From: Phoronis australis
Lineage: Eukaryota; Animalia; Phoronida
Direction of reading: 5' to 3'
NCBI GenBank assembly: GCA_002633005.1
Contig: NMRA01000177.1
Coordinates: 1 to 64,000 of the forward strand
Length of the DNA: 64,000 nt
Program-made: the position numbers and the translations under genes
Notes under the pieces: generated by a model
What the model was told of the DNA's origin: nothing
Database searches by the model: none
What the model saw: only the letters and a program-made list of their open reading frames with translations
Shown: in pieces, positions 49,801 through 60,214 of the stretch
How the letters are laid out: each line of letters starts with the position of its first letter
How positions within the stretch are numbered: the stretch's first letter is position 1

Positions 49801-52417
49801 CGATTCAAACTAACTCGGGTAATGGCGAGTTTGCTCCTCAATACCTTCCAAGTACGGGAAAGTCAGTCACAAAACGACACGCATGTCACTAGTATTAACT
49901 TTCTTTCCGAGGTATAAAACAAAGCCGGGATTTGGTTTTTACATATTGTGAAAAGACGTTTTTGAAAACTGAAGTTGTGTAAAATGAAAGTGACACGCCA
50001 TATAAGCTGCGTGTCAATTTTAAACCACACGCGGTCGTTTGTAGTGCACTATGATGGGCGCTAGCTTGAACTGTGGGTGCTTAATTGGAAATTCTCAAAA
50101 TTTAAGGGGGGACTTTTAATCAGTGAGCGCTTACCGATTATGAAACACTTTAAAGGTAGGGAGTAGGCTTGTGCGTGAGCATAGTCGTTAACCTCAGTGT
50201 TTGCGGTAATAAGATATTAAAACGCTGCAATGGTAAGAAACGTTATAATAATACGATTTTGCGAGGCAAACTCCACGTAGTAGGTGTGACTTTCTGGATA
50301 TCGTTACCACATACATTGTACCCTTTTTAGCCACCCGGAATGATTTTGTTTTTAACTGCCCGCTTCAGCCGGAACAAGGTTGTTTCTATAGGAGTTTGAA
50401 CATTTTACGGCGACGGTGGTTCGGGGAGCGAAATGTATGTTGCCGGGGGGTGTATAAAAAAGAATGAAAAGTTCGCTAACTTGAACCACAATTTCGCATC
50501 TAGTGCCAGTTTAGTTGCAATAGCTGGCTACAGGCATAGAATACAGGGTTTATAGAACATCGACCTCGGGAAACATCGGAACAGGAAAACGTCAGTTCTG
50601 GGTTATATCGGTCCCGGGACATCGGGTCTTATATAACCGCTGGGAATCTGAGTTCATTTTCAAATAAACCAGAGCCAAGCCGGTATACCCTTTCATTTAG
50701 GACTGTCGCTGTTCTTTGAAGTGGTGCGTAAGCGTGAGTTCACAGACTTGAATCGCTGGGGCAGGCCTACAGTTTACGTTGGCAACAATGAGTGAAAGAC
50801 AAATCATATTTCGCGCACGTAGCCCCAGAAACAAGTAAAGGGTTTGAGAATTTCTTGGCAACTGAAAGTAAAGATGTGACCGTCGTTTGGCGATTAATAA
50901 GGCTGTTATTTTCACTTTGGCTGTCTTAATACGATAAAAAGGAGAAGCACATCTCAGTCTAAGTCACGACTGCCTGCACGCTAATGGTGCCGCAGTGCGA
51001 TATCAGGGATATTGTCGTGGATTTTTGGTAAATGGAATAAGGACATCTTACGCAAAAAATAAAGATATTTGTCAACCACAAAGTATGGTAAGTTGACCGC
51101 TTTAGAATTAGTAGAAACACCGCTTTGTGACGTTTTATCACGTGCTATGCAGTGCCCGAAACTTTCTTCGGCGAATCCGGAAATTTGCAAAAGTGGCCGA
51201 AAATGTTAGCCAATGAAACGCGTCAAAGATCGATTCTGCATACCCCATGTTCACGCGACCTGCTTACACTCATCGGGAGGGTTTTTCTCAATTAGTGTTC
51301 TTTTGAACTTGGATTTGGCAGCAACCAAATAACGTTCGGATTAACAAGAAGAAGAATTGCTTTATATTTGCTGAGAAGGGTAAAAACTCAGCTCGCATAC
51401 GTTGGAAATTGCAGCTTGCATTTTGCGACTTGATACGAGTTGACACAAATCTCAGCTCGCATTTCCAAATTTCAGGTCGCAAATGCGACCTGCAGCTCGT
51501 TATGTCGAGCCCTGACTACAGTACAACTAGTATACTGGGGAACCCAATGTTCGTCCGCCTAAGCATAAAACCGACTTGCTGTTGTACTCACCGAATTATT
51601 CCACTTCAAAGTTATGATCTGAATAGGATTCGATGTAACTCTCACAGATATACCGCATTCATCGATTCGGAAGTTTTCTTTAATTTGTGCCGAGTTATTT
51701 CAAATGTGCACTGCCTTCGGCAGCCATTTTATTGTGACACCTAAGTTCGTCATATGCTGCCCCCTTTTGTAAAAACTGAGAAATATGCAGAAAAAGGCCA
51801 ACGAAGTAATGAAAATTGCAACAGCCTGTTTTTATTGACATAAACTCGATTTGAAGCTTTGATGTTGAGCTCTGCACTGTGGTTTCCAATAAAAGCCAAT
51901 TGGACAACATTTCAATGCAGTTTAATGGTGAATGCGTGAGGCAAAAATGTTAAGAACCCAGCGTATCGCATTTGTCTGCGGATTTTTCCTTTGGCCTTCT
52001 AGATCCTACTAGTGCCTGGGACAAACAGATACATTGCATAAACAAACCCTGGATCATGTTTTGTGTCCCGTCGGAAGAAAATTTAAATTCGAAAACATCT
52101 TCTGAAAACGCACAAAAAAGTGTATTAGTAAAATCTACTGATTTTTAAGTGGTTTTAAAAAACAATCGGTAAACTCACCGATTTTTGTCTCATTACTTTG
52201 ATACGTGTCTCTTCCGATAAGTTAGTACCTAACGTGCAGACGAGCACTCCAAATTGGAACGCTAAGTCCCGCGTGGTTGCGCTGCACGCGAAACAAGATG
52301 GCGGACGAACTTTGGAGCCTGTCGAAAATAGGTAACCGGACTATATATGACTATTTTTCTATGTGTCTTACCTTCCATCGTAGCAACCACGACAAGAAAC
52401 TTATTCTTCGCCACCAT
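25569..52417 (-). CDS. CEP120: Centrosomal protein of 120 kDa, whole gene span (21 coding exons, 3045 nt, 1014 aa; three C2 domains plus C-terminal coiled coil)
   Basis: Translated exons match known CEP120 sequence colinearly ([87 protein letters not shown]). All introns GT-AG and all phases join. Confidence 0.97.
26153..26397 (-). CDS. CEP120: CEP120 exon 20
   Basis: [35 protein letters not shown]...[10 protein letters not shown]; ends AT|gtgagt (phase 2). Confidence 0.95.
26938..27060 (-). CDS. CEP120: CEP120 exon 19 (identical second copy at 28622-28744)
   Basis: [41 protein letters not shown]. Confidence 0.9.
27185..27233 (-). CDS. CEP120: CEP120 exon 18 (identical second copy at 28869-28917)
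   Basis: [16 protein letters not shown]; phase 2 to 0. Confidence 0.85.
30759..30871 (-). CDS. CEP120: CEP120 exon 17
   Basis: [38 protein letters not shown]; phase 0 to 2. Confidence 0.9.
31377..31469 (-). CDS. CEP120: CEP120 exon 16
   Basis: [31 protein letters not shown]. Confidence 0.92.
32223..32312 (-). CDS. CEP120: CEP120 exon 15
   Basis: [30 protein letters not shown]. Confidence 0.93.
32674..32820 (-). CDS. CEP120: CEP120 exon 14
   Basis: [25 protein letters not shown]; |gtaagt donor. Confidence 0.92.
33431..33530 (-). CDS. CEP120: CEP120 exon 13
   Basis: [17 protein letters not shown] (vertebrate IADLSYTVTLEDYG); phase 2 to 0. Confidence 0.88.
34123..34187 (-). CDS. CEP120: CEP120 exon 12
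   Basis: [22 protein letters not shown]; tag| and |gtgagt; phase 0 to 2. Confidence 0.8.
35519..35636 (-). CDS. CEP120: CEP120 exon 11
   Basis: [31 protein letters not shown]; |gtaagt donor. Confidence 0.92.
36139..36726. mobile_element. piggyBac-type MITE
   Basis: TTAA-CCCTTATCCTGC ... GCAGGATAAGGG-TTAA (12-bp TIR, TTAA TSD). Confidence 0.8.
37092..37241 (-). CDS. CEP120: CEP120 exon 10 (C2C)
   Basis: [39 protein letters not shown]. Confidence 0.95.
37966..38188 (-). CDS. CEP120: CEP120 exon 9
   Basis: [33 protein letters not shown]; phase 1 to 2. Confidence 0.9.
38906..39004. mobile_element. Palindromic MITE of about 100 bp
   Basis: CGCTTTCCCATTAG / CTAATGGGAAAGCG plus inner CGAAACTTTGCT / AGCAAAGTTTCG. 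Confidence 0.55.
39777..39999 (-). CDS. CEP120: CEP120 exon 8 (disordered linker)
   Basis: Ala/Gly/Pro-rich open frame; cag| and |gtaaac; phase 0 to 1 fits both neighbours. Confidence 0.82.
40588..40689 (-). CDS. CEP120: CEP120 exon 7
   Basis: [34 protein letters not shown]. Confidence 0.9.
41687..41806 (-). CDS. CEP120: CEP120 exon 6
   Basis: [40 protein letters not shown] (absent from ORF track). Confidence 0.93.
42701..42768. repeat. 21-bp tandem repeat, about 3 copies, spanning the CEP120 exon 5 donor
   Basis: Unit approximately ACCTGGTCATGTGAACACAGT. Confidence 0.9.
42766..42963 (-). CDS. CEP120: CEP120 exon 5 (C2B)
   Basis: LIPTSVP...[35 protein letters not shown]...IQ; 198 nt. Confidence 0.93.
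43536..43568. repeat. (GT)n microsatellite
   Basis: Direct observation. Confidence 0.9.
44111..44274 (-). CDS. CEP120: CEP120 exon 4
   Basis: [29 protein letters not shown]; phase 1 to 0. Confidence 0.9.
45206..46115 (+). mobile_element. Internally deleted PIF/Harbinger element
   Basis: 24-bp TIR TGCCCGGTTGCATGAAACAGTCCC; 3-bp TSD CAG; remnant at 45381-45566 [25 protein letters not shown] resembles the Harbinger/HARBI1 transposase N-terminus. Confidence 0.85.
46225..46363 (-). CDS. CEP120: CEP120 exon 3
   Basis: [19 protein letters not shown]...[12 protein letters not shown]; cag| and |gtacgt. Confidence 0.9.
47492..47760 (-). CDS. CEP120: CEP120 exon 2 (C2A)
   Basis: [29 protein letters not shown]...DLRSARDKQ; tag| acceptor, |gtgag donor. 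Confidence 0.95.
49356..51514. mobile_element. Non-autonomous hAT-like element of 2.16 kb in CEP120 intron 1
   Basis: 11-bp TIR CAGGGCTCGAC; flanking ACTAC duplication; multiple subterminal CAG(G/C)TCGCA repeats at both ends. Confidence 0.8.
52372..52417 (-). CDS. CEP120: CEP120 coding exon 1 ([16 protein letters not shown])
   Basis: aagATGG start, G|GTAAG donor, resembles the vertebrate N-terminus (LLIVVSILEG). Confidence 0.9.
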
Positions 52418-53531
52418 CTTGTTTATGTAAGGGCGTCCACCAAAACGCAAAAACACAGAAGTTATGTCATGAAAGAACGGACAAATCGCTATCAATTCAC
52501 TCAAAAGCACAACATGTCAACAACACTGTTGATCGGTAAACTATTTCAAGGCAGGCGCCATTTTTCAAGTTTTGACAAAATGAGAAACGTAAAAAAATAC
52601 TGCTTATGAGACTTGTAAAAAAAAACATTTGGCTCCGATATCTGTTTTAAAATTTAGTGAGAAAATCTAACCGTCTTCACATCGTAATAATAAAAACAAA
52701 ACTTTGTATTTTCATCAAGTTCTTGAAGGAAATGACGTCAAAAATGAGCTGACATGACGTCATAAAAGTGAATGAATACATTCGAATTAATATATAAGAC
52801 GCTATTCCGGAAAACTAAATTTGCTTAAAAGCTGATATTTACTCATATATTTCTAAAAATAAGAAGTTGGCAATTTCAATAAAGCTTAATTATATAAAGC
52901 TAGCGCTGTTGACACCCTGGTGACCATTCTGTATATTTGTTGGGCGCTGCCTGTGAACACTGTACTCACCGGTATATCCATACGCCAATAAAAGTGACTA
53001 CTTAAATTTCTGTATTTTACTGTTAATTTAATTGCACAAAATATCATACATAAAATCTTATTTCCACATTATTTACAATGTTCCTTTTAGATTTTAATGA
53101 CATCTTAAAAAGAAAAAAGATTTGAAGAGCGCATAAATTTTAATGGCGGAATGTTGGTAAATCGGTTTTGTGTAAAATCTGGATGCGAAGACACAAGAAA
53201 GCGCAAGGGACAAGTTCATAGAACAAATTCAAGGACATAGTTTTTCATCTTTTAGGACTTCTGTAGCTGTATTGTGTGGTGTATACTCTTGAAATATTAT
53301 TGGAGTTCGTAACCATGTAATAATTTCTTCGACATTCCGCTGATTTCTTGGTGAAAGAGATCTTCAAATGGCCAAGAAAAAGTCGACGTTCGACCCTTTC
53401 ATCGCGATGAATTACACTTCGTCGACGAGGCCCTGAATTCTTTCAAAATTACGACCCTCACAAACTCACGTTGTTGCTACTGGAATTAGCCGGAAGAAGC
53501 TGTGCTATTCTCGCCTTCGTTAAAGAAGGAA
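52418..53531. promoter_or_regulatory. Probable bidirectional promoter and 5' UTR region of CEP120 and CK1 gamma
   Basis: Divergent ATGs about 1.1 kb apart; two perfect TGACGTCA (CRE) at 52733-52740 and 52755-52762; YY1-like GGCGCCATTTT at 52554-52564. Confidence 0.7.
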
Positions 53532-53718
53532 ATGCAGAGAGATCGTGATACTGGAGATAATAGGCGTGCATCAAGCAGCAGAACAAACGATCGGACTAGA
53601 AACATGCATTCTAACACCAGACAGAGTACACATGCTGGCTCCAGTGTGCTGATGGTGGGGCCAAATTTCAGAGTTGGTAAAAAAATTGGTTGTGGAAACT
53701 TTGGCGAACTTCGTCTAG
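53532..53718 (+). CDS. CSNK1G: Casein kinase I gamma, first coding exon
   Basis: [27 protein letters not shown] is diagnostic of CK1 gamma/gilgamesh; G|GTAATT donor. Confidence 0.95.
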
Positions 53719-53839
53719 GTAATTATTTAGGTGATGGACTCACTGATTTGTCAAAAAATGTTATATTCAAATGGACACAGTCACAGATTCCTGTGGCTGT
53801 GCCAAGCCAAGTGAAGTGGTCTTGCTTGTCACTCATCAG

Positions 53840-54597
53840 GGTAATTGTTTACAATATGACGACATTGACTTACACATATGATTTCAGTATTGTTTGATTC
53901 CTTGCAACGTTATCTTTCTAAATATACAACAAATTTTTTCCTACCCCGCTCCCTTAGTATTTTATCGTGAAATTTCCTGGTACTCGGTAGTAACACCGCC
54001 ATGTTGGAATGGAAGGAGTCACCTGGCGGTCAAAAACTGAACTAATCTACAGACTTCTGCAGATTGTCGCTTTTCATAGGTTCAAATTGACCGATACCCG
54101 TCAATCCACTGCCTGAGTTACGGTCTCAAGGGTTCGAATTCAAACCTATAGTGACCATGGTACGCATCTGCTAGCAAGAATCCACGAAAAAGCGGAAGTT
54201 CTTTTTGAGGTCCAACTTGGTGAAAAGGATTTCACTTCAAACAATTTTCGTGGAAAATGGTCACAATTATATAAAAATTGGAAAAGGTGAAATGCCGCTA
54301 CTTGTTTCTCCATATTATGTCGGGGAAAACTTTAGCGGGAATCTTGCGCGGGCAAACACCATTCAGAATCGATGATGCTGTTTCATTCATTAACAACAGG
54401 TGTCGGTGTAATCTTGAGTTGAGCTAACATGGCGGTGTCAATCGGGAAATAGTGCGAACCGAAATTCGACGATAAAATACGGAGGAAACGCGGTAGGGGA
54501 TGCATTCATATATTTTTGGAAAGATAACGCTGAAAGGAATCAAACGATACCAAAATCATATGTGTAAGTCAATGTCGTCATGTTGTAAATAATTACC
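53840..54597. mobile_element. Merlin-like non-autonomous element in CK1 gamma intron 1
   Basis: Imperfect TIRs of about 170 bp starting GGTAATT; exact 8-bp TSD CTCATCAG. Confidence 0.8.
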
Positions 54598-57500
54598 CTC
54601 ATCAGTTATTTCTGTTGATTTCGAGTAGATAGACTGTGTCGCCCTCTGAATTGGACTAGAGTACAGGAAGGGAAATTTCTGACTGAATAAGTGACTGACA
54701 TCTAATGTTTACGTGGGAAACGGATTGTTTTTCTACCCTAAAAGTTAGGTCTTTTTCAATATCTTTCTGGGAACTTCCTCTATTCCAATGCTTGCAAATT
54801 CTGTTAATATCATGATTTTCTTTTGTGGACTTCATTGCTAACCTGACCAAAAGGTTGCCATTCGCAGTTTGCCAGTCATCTTGGAGGTGTCATACTCAAA
54901 CAAGTGGACCTAAAATCTGACACACGTAAAAATCATATGTTTCATAAAATCGTTTTCGAAGCAAAAGCTTTAAAACAAATGACACCAAATCACATTCAAT
55001 TAAATTGCATTCACGACAACACCACCTTGTCTTTTAGAGCATTGTCTTGTTTTGATTTTTTATAAATGCCGGTAGAGGGCGGAATTTAGAAGTCATGTTG
55101 ACCCAAAGTGGATGAGTGCATAAATTTAATACATTTTTAAAAGTTGAACTTGAAATCGATCTCCATAGTGAAAACATCCAAATGAACTGGCATCCCTCCA
55201 CTGTTTCCGTTTTTTCATTTGCGTTTTTATGATGTCAAATCCCGGCAGCACTTATAAGTGTGTCTTATTAAGAAGAGAATGTAATTGCACGTCCTTCGTA
55301 CATCTGCACTGATTCATCGCATGCTTTCATCAAATAACATTTCATAGATATTTTTGTGCCAACAGTATAAATATGACAATACACAAGTTGCAATATGGTG
55401 TGGTCTATGTGGCAACATGGTGTCCAATTTTTGGGTCCTTTAAAATTTTTTAGTTGTCTTCTTTAGTAAGAACATAAAATGTTACTGAAGGTAAGTCTTC
55501 TTTTGAGTTAAGGACTTAGAACAATGTTACATGATGGAAAATGTGCCAGAACATCCGATATATTTATCGCTGTTTCTGTTGGTGCCAATCATTTTCAGAC
55601 AGAGCATCCTTCTCTGAAAGGGAACGTGTACAGTCGAACGTTTTTGGTTCGCAGTTGACGTGGTAGTTAAATGTGGCAATAGTTTTTTAGGCCCTGTCAT
55701 CTGTAAAGACGTGCAGGGGTCAACATAACGACTCGTATTTGGTTAAAGTATTTGACCAGGATCTAATCATTTTTAGCTCTGTAAAACTGAATTCAACTTT
55801 ACACCCAAGGGAATCTTTCAACATTTACTTTCCAAACAGTTATTAAACTTAGTTGACATACCAACTCTGACCTCAAACTTTAGAAGCTTGATGGAAAATT
55901 CTTGGAAATTTTACTCGGTTCCTGTGTGAGGAGAGGAATTTTGTGATTACAAAATGCATGTTGCATATGACAGTAATCTTTAAATTAAATTTCTATGGAA
56001 TATGAATATTTTTTAATATGGACACGAAATTTAAAGCCTGTGAAGTAGATGCCACCTGTTGTCCCATTCTTTCGTTTTTATTGAATGACGCGCCGTTACA
56101 CATCTGATTTATTAGAGGTGACATGGCATTTCGCATGCAAATTTAGGCAGTTTTAGCCTGGCGGAGTTCTCCATTGGTCATGTGGGAATCTGGGATCTAA
56201 TTTGATTCTGATTTGTGTCGTAGCCAATTGGCATTTTTGGGAACTCCATCTACAGCAAAACATACCCATTAGCAGCACAAATGCATTGTGGGGGTGGTTG
56301 TGGTCTCGTTAACATTGAAAACTTAGAAACTTGTACAAACCTTGGTTGCATTGTGTTGGAAGTATTAGTAGGAATTTAGCAAGTAAAGCTTGTGTGATCA
56401 TGCGCTTCGCTTGTAATACATAGTGACAGTGTTCTCATCTGGATTGAAATTGAACACAGTGAGTATAACACAACACTGTGAATCGCACTGGTTAAGCTGA
56501 GTCTGGAAGATGAAGCCACTTGCGTTCTGTGTATTTGGTTATTTAGACTAGGTTATCATTTTGATAGAATTGAGACTGCAGAGGCCACTAGGCTGCAGAA
56601 TGGGATAGTGACTTGCAAACTTTTACTGGTTGGTACCACTTAAGAGCATTGTATTGCGAAGATGTGTGACAATCTTAAAATTTGATTGCGATGGTCAAAT
56701 TTGAGCGTGGGGTTTCATAACTGGCGTGGTGTGACGCACCACACCCGAAAAGCCTGTTGAGAACTTTGCGTTTAGACTTCACGTAAAGCCATCCCACAAT
56801 TTCTTAAGTGTATCTGCTGTAGCTGTGGAATTGAACTTGAACCTTGCTCCAACGCGGTGCTAGTATATGCGTCTTTTATGAAAAAGTGAGCAAATAAAAT
56901 TTTACGCCTGTTTCAGCCAGAAGTTTTCTGAAAATTGCCTTATTGTTTCCGCTGTATTGGTGCCGCTCGTTTATTTCTATTATATTGTTCACGCCATGTT
57001 TGGTAGCTCTCGAAAGTGGGAAAAACACTGCCTTCTTCAAATAGTAAGACGAGCAACTTGAACAGGTCTTATTCTGAACGATCGTTAATCGATCTATGAT
57101 CAGCATGGCTCTCAATGAACGTATTTGATGACTTACCTTAATGTTGGACCAATGGTTACTAAAAACCAAGGAAACGACTAGTGATTGTGAATTTTTAAAA
57201 GTAATTTAAATCCATAAAATTGTCCGCATCCGTGAATTCGATTCATTTTCTGTTAACCTGGAAGATTGGAGTGTCCGTTGCTATCGCGGGAATAACTGCG
57301 GTGCTCCCATCGCTGATTTAGTTGAGATCTGTTGGATGCACTAGTCTCAAATTAGCTGGCTTGTTTGGAAAATTGATTAGGTTTTACATACATCTGAGCT
57401 CTGAGAGGCATCAAATTGCTTTGATCTTGACATGATTAAAGTTTTCTTGTATATGATTGCATCTAGTATTTGTTTGAAATACAAATATGTCTTTAAAAGC

Positions 57501-60173
57501 ACATGCTTCCTCCCACTGAAGTATTTCATAGGCCCATTTTTTTGTCAATTGACTTCTCAAATAATTTACGAAGTTGTGAGCTCGTAGTACGGTTTTGTAG
57601 CCCAGCAAGTTAGTCTGTGTGTCCATATTTTGTACGTGATTAAAAATGCGAAGTGCCTTATGATTTGTTTTAAAATTGATAAGGATTTGATTAAGTGTGA
57701 AATTCAAACAAAATAACACTAAAGGTATCAGTAATTAAGCATGGTTTGTTCAGGTATGGTACTGTGGACATAAATGTGAGGTCTTAAACTCATTTGGGAA
57801 GCCCATGCTTTCAAAACCTACAGAGAGTGGGGCAGAGGGCATGATGAATTTATAAGCCCGATTGAATAATTTTGGAGTATTGCCGAAGGCAGGGGGTTGA
57901 GTTTCTGTCCATAAAAGTTTTGTGCAGTAGCTTTTTCTGACACCACAGACACCCATAATTTCAACTCTGGTTTGAATGAGACATATGTACTGGGGCTTTT
58001 ATATTTCTTTGTAATTTTGTTGTTCCCTAGCTGCTGGCCTGCTGCCCATTATATTCTGTGGCCCAACTTCTTGGCATTGCATACTCAATACATTTTTCAG
58101 TACAGTAAAGTCTCGCAAATTTCATTCGAAAACAATTCCCAAAAATACCCTTTTTTATTTTTTGAGGGCTTCTGTCATTGTTGTGAATGCCCACACATTT
58201 TTCTTAAATTTGTCTCAGGGTAGTGGTGTTACAAAACTTGAACATGGAAAATCAGTTAAGTTGTTTCTATGTTTGTTTCATGGAGAAAGTGATACAAAAC
58301 CATTTCATTTGTCGGCCCAATTGCGTTCCAAATTGGTGAAATTTTCTTATCACTGCTGATGTGTCACGGATTTTGATTTTTCCGTTAATTTTAAAAGGCT
58401 GATCTGTTAGATATTTTGTTCATGCTTCGAAATTTCTTCATTCCCTTCTAACTTTTTCAAAGACTTCTGTGACCAAAAATACGTGTGAATTTGGCAGGCG
58501 TTGTTGACTGGGGGAAAAGCCCTTGAAATGCTGGCCGACCACGCCTATTTAGTTTCAGTTTCAAAGTTGTGTGGTCATGCTTAGAGATTAGGTCAAACTG
58601 CTGTTCATTAAACTACTTCTTTGTGTGTCAGCGTGATGGGTAAATCTCCTTATCACCAAACTTTATGAGAAGTGTAAGCAATGAATATTGATGCTTGGTG
58701 TTCCCTGAACCTAATCAGCAGCGTCGTGTACTCGATAGAAGGAGGAAGATGTGGTTTTCAAACTTTGCATTTTTTGCAAAATTTTTTCTTTATCAGTCTC
58801 CATGTCTGAGTTGACATTGTACAATGAAAATTCTTCAATTTGGGACAGTGAAAATAATTAATTATTTTGCTCAAAAGTTTGAGGTTGTTGACTGTCTCAT
58901 GTTTTAAGAATCAATGGCAAACGGTTATTCACCTCACTGTTACATATCTTTGAATGCCTGAAACTTTGTGTCATCTGCTCTTTTGTACTATTTTATAAAC
59001 TGCTAGGTGTATTTTACGACTTCTGTTATAAAACGCAGCTTGTCTGATATTTAAAAAATATGATGAGCACCAAAATTGCCCATGTTCATATCTCTAGAAT
59101 CAGGAGAATTTGATTGGCTTGAATTTCGTGGTCTCAAATTGTAGCTGCTGTTCTCAGTGAAGATTTTTTACTGTGCGCTCCTTTTGTGACTACATTCTTC
59201 AATGAAATCTAATTTGTTTTGTTTCGAGTCGCCTAGGTTGCATTTTTGGATTTGCTTGCCAGTGGGCACCAGGTAAAAACTAGCCACTCAACAGCCGCTG
59301 ATGTCGAATTCAACATTGATAAGTCGTTATCAAAATCTTGTCTAAGGAACTTGATATGTGTTCTAGGTCATTCAAGGAAACTGTTCATCTTTTTAACGTT
59401 GTGGTCTGGATGTTTGAAGCATCTTGATTTTAATTCTATTTGGCTTGTTTTGTGGATTAGTGGCCAGTGGTTAAATATAGAGAATATTATGAACAAACAA
59501 CTTAGGCCTTCTGAAATAGGATGTACCAGTAGCCTTGGGGTCAAGAGGTGAAGGCACAAAGTTGAATCATTTCCTTGTTCTGGGTGCATATTATACAGGA
59601 TGTGGCAAACAGGTGGGCAGAGCTCGCTAGACCTTTGATTATGTATTGATATTTGTCCGTGATAGTGCTGTAGTAAGATTTTCCATAGCTATAAGAAGCG
59701 TTGCCCACTCTTGTTACAAAGTAGACCCGATTTGTGAAGGCCTTGAGCAGTAACATAGATTTCAACTGGATAGTACCCCATTGGTCATTGTAAAGGGTTG
59801 AGGATACATCATTAATACAATGATTGCAACATCATTAATACAATGATTGCAATGATTTCTAACTCATTACACCACTGACCTTTATTCACAATGTATTGTC
59901 ATCATGGAATTTAATGCTTTAAAGTTAGCTAAGTTTTTTAGTCCTGGCCTAGTTCATGGTACAAATGATTGATGCTACAGGGCTCTTGATGCCCCGATTT
60001 TGGGGCCGAATATCGGGCCTCATGCCCTTGTGAAAATTTTTTAAGAAGTCTCTGCATCAAGCCCAAAAAGACTGTCCTCTATTAGCTTATGACTGAAGTT
60101 CATGTACAGTAGCACATTGTTTGACATGTTTGTTTTATTGGCTAGGTAATGACGGCTTTGCTCTTTTTTTCAG

Positions 60174-60214
60174 GGAAAAACTTGTACAACAATGAACACG
60201 TGGCAATTAAATTG
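60174..60214 (+). CDS. CSNK1G: Casein kinase I gamma, second coding exon (41 nt); gene continues beyond the window
   Basis: GKNLYNNEHVAIKL with the VAIK lysine; ttttttcag| and |gtgagt; phase 1 matches exon 1. Confidence 0.93.

Noticed and set aside
53502-53897. 131-aa ORF as a complete protein
   Set aside because: Only 53532-53718 is CK1 gamma coding; the rest is read-through into the intron and the transposon end.
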